From positions 15,202,067-15,266,066 of the forward strand of contig CM120649.1 of NCBI GenBank assembly GCA_051362555.1: 64,000 nt of DNA. Reading direction: 5' to 3'. How positions within the stretch are numbered: the first letter of the stretch is position 1; each line of letters starts with the position of its first letter. Below are positions 39,246 through 50,607 of this stretch, piece after piece. The notes below the pieces were generated by a model that had not been told where the DNA came from, made no database searches, and was given only the letters and a program-made list of their open reading frames with translations. Both the position numbers and the translations under genes were made by a program. Source of the DNA: Lingula anatina. Its lineage: Eukaryota > Animalia > Brachiopoda.

Positions 39246-39667
39246 GGTGAATTTCTGTTTAGGGTACGTCTCGCTCCTCAAACGGCTGCCTAAAAATGTG
39301 GGTTGTTGTCTAGAATTCTGGTCGATATTTCTCTGACACCGAATTACTCCTGAATCGATCACAGCACTGATGTGATGGTACTGTTTGTGTATATTTGTTT
39401 CCTGATCCAAGGTCAGTCGATTTTAACTCTGAGGGGTAGAAGGTTGGAATAGCCGGTACCAACATTGTTAAATACTTCCAAATTTTAAACAATATTTTGG
39501 CTTCAATTTAATTTTGATGATACTCAGTATTTATCTTTTAATAACTTTGCTACTAAATATAAAGTTTTTAGCTGATTATTCTGTTTAAGAGAAAAGAAAA
39601 CGAGACTGCCCTACAACCTTTCTCCCCGTACGTTGAACGCAAATCACGTTATCTTAGCCTCGTTTTG

Positions 39668-39687
39668 ATTGGTCTGCATGGCGTGAT
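39668..39687 (-). promoter_or_regulatory. Candidate SRE (ATCACGCCAT) next to a CCAAT box upstream of MID1IP1
   Basis: The minus strand reads ATCACGCCAT (39687-39678) then CCAAT (39672-39668), ~430 bp upstream of the ATG. Motif match only. Confidence 0.45.
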
Positions 39688-40575
39688 CATGCGGTTTTCC
39701 GTTGTAAGCCTTTTATTTTCACATGCTACCGGGAATGATCGAAGCTCTTGTACAAATAAACAATACTTCCTTGCATTATTGTCGCCCTTTTCAATACTTA
39801 CGGTATTGTAATATTTAAAGTAGGGCAGATTATTTTTAGATCTTGCAAGCCTCTTTGGTTTGTGTTTACTACGTTTAATCATTAATTACAGCGTATTGTG
39901 CATGGTGATGTACCAAACAACCCCACTTTGCGCAAAATAGGTTAGGCCTACCTGTCGCCCAAGGTGCCTTAGTCAAATGTACTAGTTTATATCGCAAATA
40001 AATAAATGAATATTAAATAAAGAAATAAATAGTTGAATAATAAAAAGAATGAAAATTTAGATGACCCGGAAAATTAATTTAATCATGATAAAATTATAAT
40101 TATAATAGCTATGGTGGTGATGATGAGAATATTAACAATAAAAAATTATTTGTTAATAATACACGGCCTTATTCTACATATTCTTTCATATTGTTTTAGT
40201 GGCACTTGAGACGGGCATGTGTTCATATATATGTGTGTGTGTGTGTGTCGTTTGAAATTGAAATTACTAGTTAAACTATAGTATATTCTCAGTCCTGACC
40301 TAATATCTGGTTTTTACAGAATTACAGTTATAGTCGCGCTAGGGTCAGACGGCCATATACTGGTATGTTATACTGTAGGCCTACGAAAAAAACGTACGTC
40401 CTTGCATCAGCCAGTTTTTAGACATGACCGGTGCGAGTATACCAAATTATTATAGGGAAATGAGGTGCGCTTGACATTTATAAATATGTAATGCATTGAC
40501 TCACGTTATTAGGAGAAAAATATTCAATCTGGTGACATTTAATATGGTCTAATATTTGAGCAGGGCTATGCACAG

Positions 40576-40742
40576 CATGCCCGTAGCCAGGGGGGGGTCG
40601 GGGGGTTCGAAAGAACCGCCCTTTTTGCTGGAAAAAGTCCACTCTGGGTAAAATTTGATCTAGGTACATAAAAATTTTATGGTAAAAGGTCCACTTTTTC
40701 AGAAAAAGAACCCCCCACTTGAAATTGCTGGCTAAGGGCCTG
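40576..40742. mobile_element. MITE with 5-bp TSD (hAT5-like CAGG...CCTG type)
   Basis: TIRs CATGCCCGTAGCCAG and CTGGCTAAGGGCCTG; CACAG duplicated at 40571-75 and 40743-47. Confidence 0.8.
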
Positions 40743-42459
40743 CACAGGGTAGAATGTGTGTGTGTGTGTGTGCTGGGTGGGGGGGCAGCTAGTTTTCTTG
40801 GGTTGTCAGTGGAGTGGAGACAAGGAATACTACAAATTTCAGTGCATTCCGTGTAATTTCAAAACAAACGAATTTTTTATACTATCCAAGATAAAGAACA
40901 CGTCAAACAGCAAGCGAGTTTAAAATTGTTTCCATCATGCGAGCTGTTTTGTTTTGAAGATTTGGCGATTGCTGCAGGTGCGCTACGTTTAGCGCTGGTC
41001 AGCTTGTCTCACCTAACGCAATACATAATTTTCAATGCAGTCTTGCTTTTGCCAAGCAGACCGGGAGACGGGGAGAGTGTACTCATCAGCCTACCAGCAC
41101 TCCCGAAGGGAGAGGGGGGGGGGGGGGAGCAGGAGGGGGCAAAATTAACTAAATTACTATCCGTGGCTTCAGTGAGTAGCTTCTTGATTAAAAAGAAATG
41201 CATTAGGTTTTGGCTTCGCAATTAAGTAGGCTACAATGATTTCCTTATGAAATGACTGAATTAACTTGCTTTATTAACGTTAAACTTAAAAGCAGTTTGA
41301 AAGTTTGGTCTTCATAAGTATATTGATTCCAAGTTAAATTAATCAAATGGCTTCAGTAAAGGGCTTCACACTGAACCCTGGGGAAAGGTTTTGCACTTCA
41401 CATAATTATGTACAATGATAAAAAGTTTCAATTTTAATTTAAAAATTATAGACCCAAAGTTATGTATTAAAAATGAAATAAACTAGTAATTGATATTTAT
41501 TTCACATATATATATGGCAGTTGATGTTTTTCAACAATCAGTTAAAAAACAAAGCAGTAAACATTTTCCTTAAAAAATTCCGTATACAGATACAAACAAC
41601 TTGGAAAAAAGCATACCTGCATTCTAAAAGCAAAGCACACTTGCATAATTTAAAATGCATACTGAATATTATATAAACAGAAGTAATACTGAGATATCTC
41701 TCATTGGCATATGCATAGTGATACTGTTATTTGCACAGAAGAACATACTGGTTAGGTATCTATCTGAAAACACTACAAAAATGCCAAAGAGTCATAATAA
41801 TCTAGGCATTTACAGCATTTTTACAGAGATTCATTCTAAAAAAAAATATTTTGATTTTTGCCATGCAAGCACCACCATGACTAAAATGACTGATTAGAAT
41901 TATTTAGTTTTTCAAAATGTTAATTATGTCAGTGGTCCTTATTCTGTTATACATTAGTATTTCTCTTACTTTACACTGGACGGCATAATTCAGTCACCAC
42001 GAGTTTCAGAGACACCTTACTGGAAACTAACCCTCAAATTATCATACATCTCCCATTTCCATTAATTGTATTTTGTCCACATTTGAAAAAAATGTAGGTC
42101 TATATATCCTGAAAAGCTACTTATGAGTACCTTTCCAATTTGAGAACCTATTATAGTAAGTATACGCTCGATATTGCATGTACATTGAGATGTTGGGCTA
42201 ATGAACTATATTCAGTCATTTAAAATGAAATTATAAATATAAGAATTAATAGCCTATAACATCAAATCCAAGTGCAAGGAAAAGCCAAGCTTAATTATGA
42301 TTGCTGTGCAGTTAAGTTTTTTTTTTTTTAGAGGAAAATTTGATGTCGCAGGAAAATCACAGTAAGGGTTAGAATACAGAGCATATGCCAGATGAAGGTG
42401 CAAATCACCATCAGCAAGCACTTTGAAGCACAATAAAGGTCTACTGCACTGTGGATTTC

Positions 42460-42627
42460 CAGGGGCAGATCCAGACATATTTTCTGACAGGCTTCCAAAT
42501 TATCTTTATTGTGCCATCCTCCATTTTTGACCGTCTTCCGACAGGAAAAATAAGATACCCGTCAATGTAAACTTGAAAATCTGACCGTCCTCCAGAAGAC
42601 CCAGAAGACGGCCTAAATCTGCTCCTG
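42460..42627. mobile_element. MITE with 5-bp TSD (hAT5-like) in the presumed 3' UTR of the IL-1R-like gene
   Basis: TIRs CAGGGGCAGAT and ATCTGCTCCTG; ATTTC duplicated at 42455-59 and 42628-32. Confidence 0.8.
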
Positions 42628-42723
42628 ATTTCTGTAATAACCCAAACATGTCAAAACTAAGCACTTCCAAGAAATTACAGAATTAAAATTTAAGCATAAT
42701 TGTCGTATGGTGTTTTTCTTGCC

Positions 42724-45700
42724 TCAAGTCTGCGGAGAGACACTTTTCTCATAACCACTGTCTGTTGACTGCATGGATTGAAAGTTTGCATTGGGTATGT
42801 CAAGAGCCTTGCCCAGACCTTGAGGTTCTGGGTGACCTCCAATGTGACCTTGACCTTCACTTTTAGCTTGACCTTCACCTTTCATGTCTACCATAATTTG
42901 ATTTGGATTGGCCTGGTGACCTTCTGGGCAGCTACCAATGCTATTCATGTCTATTATTTCATGAGAAGTTGAGTCTGGATGTTCAGGAGATGTACTGGAA
43001 TGGATGTCTACTTTGATTTCTGTGACATCTGGGTCGTTTGGTGGGAAGAAAACATTGTCATCAATTTCTACAGGAATGGGGATAGCAGACGGTGTAGGGC
43101 AGCTCAAAGAGTGAGAATTTGTTGAAGAAATCAAAGGGCAGTGTGCAGACGTGCTTGATGTGCTCTCCTGACCAGGGCGTCTGTTGGATGTTGTTAAATT
43201 TCCACGGACCTTTTGGATTTTCTGGGGTGGTAAATACAAGCGTAGTTTTTTCCAAAACATTTCATTTTTCTTGGCAATATTCTGCGATGAAACACCTCCT
43301 TCCTCATCAACAGGGTGCCATCGCAATTTTTTCAGCACCTTTAATGCCTTCTGAACAAGTTCTTTGTCCCTGTTCTTCTTTTTGTATGCCTCCCACTCGC
43401 TGTCTTGGATATCTTCAAATAGGATGAAAACTATGCGCCGATGCTCTTTCACAGCTACATGAAAGATGAAGTCAAAGTATGGCTCCTCCAGCATGGCGCG
43501 CGAGAGAACTATGATGAAGCAACGACTGGAGCTCACTGCATTGTCCAATAGTGTTGGAATAGCTGAAATATTAAAAAAAAGATTTTGTGACCGGAAATTA
43601 ATTAAGCACTCGGTGAGCACTGATCTCCACCAAGGAAGCTCCAAGAATTCTCAATTTTAATTTATTAATTTTTTTATAATTAATTAATCTTGTCGGTTCT
43701 GATTATGTAAGCCACTTTCTAAATTTATCCTGAAAATTTCATCAAGATGCATCTGTCACTTTTTGGGTAAGGTAGTCAAATTGATGACAAAGTCAGACAA
43801 ACCAACAAAGGGAAATAAATAAATAATAAGCTAATTAATTATAACTGGTTATATTTTGTGTAATTTTGGGTGCATATATTAGCTCCTGAATGAGTGAGGA
43901 TGGAAATGGTGAAAAAAATAATCAGAAATGACTCACATTCTCCACATCTGAAGTCCCGAGCCTCTATAATTATCTTATACTTAAACTCTCCTTCCAGCTT
44001 GGGCCTTAGTTTTCTGTGCACAAATAGCCTCTCCCTGTCACACTTCTGAGATACATAGACAAATGCATCGTGTTCTTTATCATCTGAAAGAAAATAAATA
44101 AATAAATAAAAACAAAGGAATAAAGGAATAAATAAAAAAATTGTCGAATCAACTGATGATTAATTAAATTACATGTATTCATAAAATGGAATTAGAAAAA
44201 ACACATATGATTTTGTAGAATAAGTAGAAAAATATAATAAATGATCAAATGATACCACAGTAATAATCCACTTTCCTGATTTCTTTAACAATTAAAATGC
44301 TATTTTTTTCTTATCAATATACAGACTTTGTTTTCAACTTTGATTTCCATGTCAAATGCCAGTGTTGAAAAACTGTCTACATAAAGACAAATTTCAATGC
44401 ATAAATTATGCTCTCCCTTTCCATAACTTAACAAACACAAAAAAATGTACCTTTGATTTATTTGTAGAAAATATTTTAGTTTCAATATCTAAATGCTCAC
44501 CTTCTTGTTTATGACTAAATTTATCTTTCCACAAAAGTCTTATCTCCACCTGATATTTAACCAGAATAACAACTACTGTTACAACAAGAATTATAGCTGC
44601 CACAAGAGAAACTGAAAGAATGACGCTTTGTTTCCTTGTCCAGTAATTAGGAGCTGAAGGTTCTGAAATGTAGAATGTGAATGAATTAGTAATCTATCAG
44701 GCAAGATAAAACTTGAGCAAAAATGTTAATTAGCTTGGTACTTGAACCATATGAAAATGAAAAATTATCAAACAAAAGCCGAAAAACTTTCATACCGTTA
44801 GCTTACAGCCAACCTAGCTGGACCTGGCTAAGCTAATATTCCAGCAAAGCTAATTTCTCCTTCTCAATTCAGGTCTTGAAAATGATAAACCCCCTTTTAT
44901 AAAAGTGTCTGCTGTTGATATTTTCTTCTAAAATGTGGGGAAGGCATGACAGTCAAATGGCTGGCAGGAATTTCAGAGCTTAAGATTTTAATTAAAAATG
45001 GCATCATAAAACAGAGAATCCAAGTGAAAGGCCAAGTTGAGCAATGACTTGTGAGTACTAGAATTGCTTCTCCCATAAGGAAAACTCAATTTGTCATGAA
45101 AATCCTGGATAGTAAACCTGTAACCACATATATGTTGCTTTATCAAACTTACTTGGTGGGGTCCGAACTAGATGAGCCAACACTGTGGGTTGTGGATCGA
45201 TTCCATTTGCCATTACGCACTTGAAAACTTTGGTGTAGTCTTCCACCTGTACATCTGTTACTATAAGGTATGCCCCCAGTATCATATTGTCATACCTGTG
45301 AGAAATATGAATTTTTACTTCACATTTTCAGTCAATTTGGGACCACTTTACTTATTGCATACTGTATTCAGCATGGTCTGTTACAGAAAAGAACCTAAAA
45401 TAGTCTCTAAACTTTTAGAATAAAATTTAAGTCTAGTTTGTCCCAGGCAAATCCATACCTTCAACTGTAAACAGATGAGAAAATAAATAATTATCTTTTG
45501 TGCATTTCTCTAATTTTTGTACCTTGCCTCCTTCGTCACAGAAAACCTTGGCCCAACATCTTCAACGTCTCGCCAGATGGTGTCATTATTTGCTGTTGTC
45601 GTGAAATTTGTCAGCCATCTTATGACATTTGGAGTAGAGCTGGCATTGTCGCGACCTAGGAAACCTTCACAGAATAAAGTAACATTTTCTCCAGGAAGAG

Positions 45701-46661
45701 TCTGTTTGACAATTCTGTATCCCTTGGTAATCTTGTCTTTTGGAGGGAAGGTCACAGTTGGGGGATCAGTTATACCTGAGCAGGCTGAAATAATGTAAGA
45801 GATATAATAATAATAATAATAATAATAATAAAGGTTTTTTTCACCCATTGTATATATATATATTTTTAAAATACATACTACATGTAAAACAGGCATCATG
45901 CTGCCATTTCAAATTTAAAAAAAAAATGAAATAAAATTAACTGGCTAAAAGAGAAAAGGTCATTTTTATGGACCACTCTAAAAATATACTCACAGACAGC
46001 ATTTAATTTCAACTCATGAGTAATATTCCTCCCATCATCTCCCTCAGCCACGCATCTATACCAAGCATCGTCTTTTGTATGCACAGAACTTATCAGCAAA
46101 GTAACGTTGCGATCCAGCAAGCGGTATCCATTTTCTCGGTTGATCCAGTCTGTGGGTGGAAATGGGTCCCAGGTGTCCGAGTCCCTGGATTTCTGGTACC
46201 AAGTTAGGTTGGTGAAGCCTGCGGCACAGCAGTACAAAGACTTGCTGGGTCCCTTACAGGCATAGTCCATGTCCCCTAGTTCTCTGCTCCATCTTAGTGG
46301 GCTATCTTGAAAAACCATGTTTTTAAAAAATAAATTAATAAATGAAATGACAAATAAATAAACACTGAATATAAATTCATCCTATGATGGTCAAGTTAAC
46401 TGGTAAAACAAAATTTAAAAATAGTGATGTAAAAAGTAAACGTTATTTTTAACTTTTACATTTTTTTCTTTGAAATATTAAAAAATTAGATATGTTATGA
46501 ATGTTTCTTATATCATGATAATTGAATTCTAATTTTCTTTCTTTTTTTCTGTTATAAAAAAGGTTACCTTCTTTGACATCTGAGGGGCAATAGTTGAACT
46601 CAGACGATAGGACCTCACCCTGTAACACCAACAGTACCAGTAGAATTGTAGAAAAAGCCAT
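42724..46661 (-). CDS. IL-1-receptor-family-like type I membrane protein: signal, 2 Ig domains, TM, TIR, long C-terminal tail (652 aa)
   Basis: join complement(46568..46661, 45994..46305, 45523..45784, 45153..45295, 44501..44662, 43937..44083, 42724..43562) = 1959 bp, all GT-AG and phase-consistent. Ig1: LYCC...LTWYQ...LLISSV...DDAWYRCVA. Ig2: VTLFCEG...IRW...LIVTDV...FKCV. TM: VILSVSLVAAIILVVTVVVILV. TIR: box1 EHDAFV, box2 KIIIEARDFRCG, SRCFIIVLS, box3 FWKKLRLYLP. Confidence 0.92.
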
Positions 46662-48274
46662 TGTCAGTGGGTTTGGGAGGTTGGGGGAGTGGAGGTGACC
46701 TGAAAGCACAGATGGAACATAATGAAATATCAGTATATTGTTAGTAATGAGCACAGTGCAAGCTCTTGTACTAAAAGCATTAAGTGGAAATGGAAATAAG
46801 TTTAAATTGAGTATATTTTTGAAATTGACCTAAATAATTGCACATATGCATACTCATGCACACAGAGCTGTAAGCTTAGTCATTTTCTTTATGACTGTAT
46901 TTACATTTTTTTAATTCAATGTACAGGCTCAGTTTAAGAACAAACATGAATAAATAAACAGGAGTGCTTTAGGTTAAGTAGTTAAGGGTTTGTCCTGAGT
47001 TTAAGGCTAGATTATAAGCTTCCAGGTGCTTATTGCACCCCCCCCCCTCAAAAAAAAAATGTGCTAATCAAGTAAATTAGTTGGAAAATTTTCAAAATTA
47101 TTTTTTAATTTTCACAAGAGACTTCAAACCCATTCAAATATAAGAGGGGCAGAGGTCATTTCAAGGATGGACATTAAAAATCAGTAAATAAATTTCCAAA
47201 ATTGTTACTTGAACAGCAGAGACATTGACCAAAGTCTGGAATTTAAAAAAAAATCAAAAATCCAAGAATTTAGTGAATAAGAGAGCGTGGGTACAGTATT
47301 TTGAACGTCTGATAGTCAGCCGGAAAGCCAGGGTCACCGTGACATAATTGGCAAAATGAAGAAGAAACCCACGCAAAAAATTTCCCAACACGTAACAATC
47401 ACGCGCATATATGCAATAATAAACCGCAAAGAATCTAGTTTTGTGATACTTTTTAAAATGTTTCCACCAACTACATAAGTTATCAGGAATACTGAACTAA
47501 AGTTCGTTCATGCCATGCAGTCTGAACCCATCACAGGTGGCAAAACATACCCGCCTGTACGTAAATTTACCTGTCCTTTTCCTTCTCAGCGCACCTTCAA
47601 CGACCGTTTACTCTTACTTCATCTGGTGCGATATCACACGTGCTATTTGGCGGACTTAACCTATCGCAGTCACTCATTCCCCTTGTACCTTTAACCACAG
47701 CACAAGGTGTACAAGTCTTACAATGTGATCAAAAATGTATGAATCTGTACGATACCTGCGACTTATCTCACGGCCACTGAAGTGAGTCATTGTCTAGCGC
47801 CGTGATTGCTTTCCCTTTTTTTCACTGGAAAAGGCTTTGAGTAACGCTAGTTACCCACGCGAAGCACCCATACCTACTGATAAGCACCGACCTAAATTTT
47901 ATGATGTCAAGAATAGTGCTGCCAAATTTCCCACGTGAACGTGTTTTAACTTACAGATCAGCTTGTGTTTGTGAATGAATCCGGAAGTTCGTTGAAATGA
48001 CAAAAGAACAGGAAAAAAAGTACTATAGTCAATATTGGCACGAGTACAATAGGGGGAAGAAGAGTAGGGGGATTTTTCACAAAATAGAATAAAAGTAGAA
48101 AAACAATTGACTTGATCGATCAACAAATATTTTTGCGTTACATTTTATATCAGCGGAAATGATCGAACAGCCATGTATAGATAAATAAACCTACCCCCTC
48201 CCTTTCAAAAAAAGAGAGCGCATTCAGCACCGTTTTAACATGAAAATGTTTATAAACTAACTTTCTCTCTCTTA

Positions 48275-48489
48275 GGCCGTATTCCCAGAGCTTTTAGATC
48301 GATCTATCCCCGCGGGGAGTCTCACTAGATTACTGTCAGATAATCCGGCTTAAATGTCCGTCCCGCCTACTACAAGTTGTAAGAGGGTATTTAACTTTCG
48401 TATCCGCTCGGTTGACAGCTGTTTAGCGTGAACCCCCAGGGAGTTAGGTCGATCTAAAGTAGATCAATCTAATTTCTGGAAATGCGGTC
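48275..48489. mobile_element. Harbinger-type MITE, family copy 1 (opposite orientation to copies 2 and 3)
   Basis: ~215 bp; TIRs GGCCGTATTCCCAGA and TCTGGAAATGCGGTC; TTA duplication; body is the reverse complement of 57621-57835. Confidence 0.88.
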
Positions 48490-48701
48490 TTATTCTGCTC
48501 TTGAATAGCACTTAACCTTTGGTGTGTTTGTAAGAGGGGGGGGGGGGGTGAAATCTTACCCGTTATCTCTCAGTAAAGGTGATAAATGCTAAATACAGGG
48601 ACTGCAGGGCAGATAGGTTGAATATGCCATGTAAAGCTTGTGGTCATTTTGAAACCACTGTTCTTATAACAGACCTGGGCACAGTCGTCATCAAATTGAG
48701 A

Positions 48702-48734
<33 letters not shown>

Positions 48735-50607
48735 GGAGGTGACTGTAATTTTCAAAGGCTATTACAACTGAAAAAAATCTGCCCATGCAAATTCCAAAGG
48801 TATGCAGCTGTATCACGTGACATCTGAGGAGCAAAAATACAAATAAATTCTGAAATCTTTCAATCTTTTTGAAGAAATTTTTTATCTTTTTTTCTTCCAC
48901 AATAGGTGGTACTTTATTAAACCTGATTTTATAACATTCAATATGCATACATATCTGAAAATTACAATCTAAATATTTTAAGGTTTTTTACGAGTATTTT
49001 TACTAACAGTAAGCTGTCACTGGCCAAAACAAGTCTTGAGCGATGCAAAATGTACAAAACTCACATTGATAGCCTACTATACTAACATTGCATCAATTTT
49101 TTCCTTGCACATTTGACATTTATAAATGATTGTTTTAAATGACTCACAGGAAACATTTATCAACAGTAATACAGAGTTGATTATCAACGATAACAGCTTC
49201 AAAATTATCTGACTTTAAGCTGTCTCAGCTTAAATTGAACAGCACGTAAACATGTACATAGTAAAGCGTTCACATACAGTCCTTTACATCATAATCTCAT
49301 TTTTGCAAGATGTGCTTCATCTGTAAAAAAAAATTTTTTTTAATAATAAAAAAAAATTAAATCAGACATTTGGTGTTTTGTGAGGTTTTTATACTAATCT
49401 ACACCAGTCAACCTGCATTTCAGTAGAAACACTGACAAAACAGCCTTCCTAGTAAGGAAGAGTCGCTCTCAAAACTATGAAACTCGGCCTGCTACAAGAC
49501 AAGTTTCTATAGTTAAGGGACATTTCAACAAAAGCACTTTAGCCTGATAATTAGTCTCATCTTAGAGAGTAAACTTTGGTCTTCTTCCAGAAAAATTCTT
49601 ATTAGTTCACTCAAAAAAAAAGTATATACTGGTCTCGAACATTAACCACACCTTTCTCTTTATAAAGCAGGAGTAATATTCAATTCAACTGAACAAATAC
49701 CTAATTATCTTGGATCAAAGTAAATTCAAATTGTGGTCTCAAAGTTGAAGCAAATTTCCAGGCTAAATTCCTTTTGTGAAATAGGTCCTTATTCTTAGTC
49801 ACCAAACTGTTGGTATCCCATCTACGTTTCAACAGTCATTTGATATCATGCAGCACAAGATATGTTGGTACATCTCTATGACACCTGTGCACCTCAGAAC
49901 TAGATTTTCAGGTGGTACAGGCAATTCCAGTTGCTATGATATTGAAGGTCTTCCATCAGCATGGCCTTCAATGAAGGCATTTGCTAACTTGCTATTGTAT
50001 AATAGTCTTTTTGACCACCGGCTGTTTTATATAATCCTGAATTGTGCACTTTTTTCTGTAACTCCCTGTATATTTCTTATTTAATCTGCTTGAAAATACG
50101 CTCTGAAAACTGAAGTTTCCATTTCAAGACACTTTTCACATAAATGGTACAAATATTCTCAAAGTTTAAATGCAGTTTTTCCATGTATGTCACACTTTTA
50201 ATGTTACAGCTGTCGCCAAATATCTTAAAATAGTACCTGATTGTCTTAAAACTTTGGACACACTTTTGACATTTGTAGATCTTACATTATTCAGTGGACT
50301 AAGATCTATTTCCAAATGATTCAGTTTCTCCAACATTTGCAGATGATCCCAAAAAGTCGTGCACACTTTCCTGTATGTTAAGTTATAATCAACTACAGCT
50401 GCTTCCAAATGTCACAACACTTCTCCTTTAAAAGGTAACATTATCAAACACAATATATACTGTACTGCATTTGAATTGTACAATTGTTTCCAGATGTCAC
50501 TATATTTTTCCTATGAAGAAACACAGTTGATCTGAAAAAGTTGCGTACACCATTCTGTGTATAAAATTGTTTTTTCTTTCTGGCTAGCTATATTTGTTTC
50601 CCCAATG

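Noticed and set aside
39246-39410. 55-aa N-terminal extension of MID1IP1 in the ORF track
   Set aside because: It begins at TTG and has no family similarity; the first ATG (39245) has a strong Kozak context.
42724-44083. TIR as a Toll-like receptor or an enzymatic (SARM1/bacterial-type NADase) TIR
   Set aside because: The ectodomain exons are Ig, not LRR, and the catalytic-position Glu is absent.
48570-48948. Poly-Pro/poly-Gly ORFs here and at 29146, 40926 and 60587, and CVCV/THTH/ERER ORFs elsewhere
   Set aside because: They are translations of poly-G/C runs and dinucleotide microsatellites.
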